Positions 63,913 through 64,000 of a stretch of DNA of 64,000 nt are shown piece by piece (within the stretch, counting starts at the first letter, position 1; every line of letters begins with the position of its first letter). The notes under the pieces were generated by a model. The model was not told where the DNA came from and did no database searches. It worked only from the letters and a program-made list of their open reading frames with translations. The translations under genes and the position numbers were made by a program. The DNA is taken from NCBI GenBank assembly GCA_950097015.1, contig CATNEN010000025.1, positions 3,720,001-3,784,000 on the forward strand. The letters are read 5' to 3'. This stretch comes from Macrostomum hystrix. Taxonomy: Eukaryota; Animalia; Platyhelminthes.

Positions 63913-64000
63913 GGCAGCCAAATTTCAGAAGTCAAATGTCGTGTTTTCCCCTCAAGCCTCCAAGTCTTCTCACCGCGGCTGCACCCCAAATAAATGCGGC

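Noticed and set aside
63974-64000. Further furry exon at the window edge
   Set aside because: A GTGAG donor-like site and phase-compatible frame (AAFIWGAAA) exist, but 27 nt is too short to recognise, so it was left out of the gene model.

Overview
Eukaryotic (metazoan) genomic DNA. The GC-rich, low-complexity exons and minisatellite-packed introns suggest a free-living flatworm such as Macrostomum; this is inference, not proven. I reconstructed all genes by hand from GT-AG junctions and checked reading-frame phase. On the + strand: RASEF/Rab45 (2 exons), an orphan S/T/K/E-rich protein (2 exons), Artemis/DCLRE1C (6 exons, the first two short, AT-rich and absent from the ORF track), a C2H2 zinc-finger protein (2 exons) and MFSD13A/TMEM180 (3 exons). 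On the - strand: a small orphan gene and 15 exons of furry (FRY), whose 5' end lies beyond the window. Mobile DNA: an internally deleted Helitron with both termini inside Artemis intron 1, two hAT-type MITEs carrying an internal minisatellite, three tRNA-headed CORE-like SINEs plus a chimeric partial copy, and several small dispersed or foldback repeats. About 28 tandem arrays (14-55 bp units, roughly 20 kb by summing my approximate coordinates) fill most introns. The most unusual signals are a GATC core shared by many unrelated arrays, arrays apparently caught at birth inside mobile repeats, a TTAGGG-containing G-rich intronic array, and a sharp AT-to-GC switch within the Artemis gene. There is no CRISPR array or prokaryotic system. 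Most long ORFs over the arrays are artefacts.
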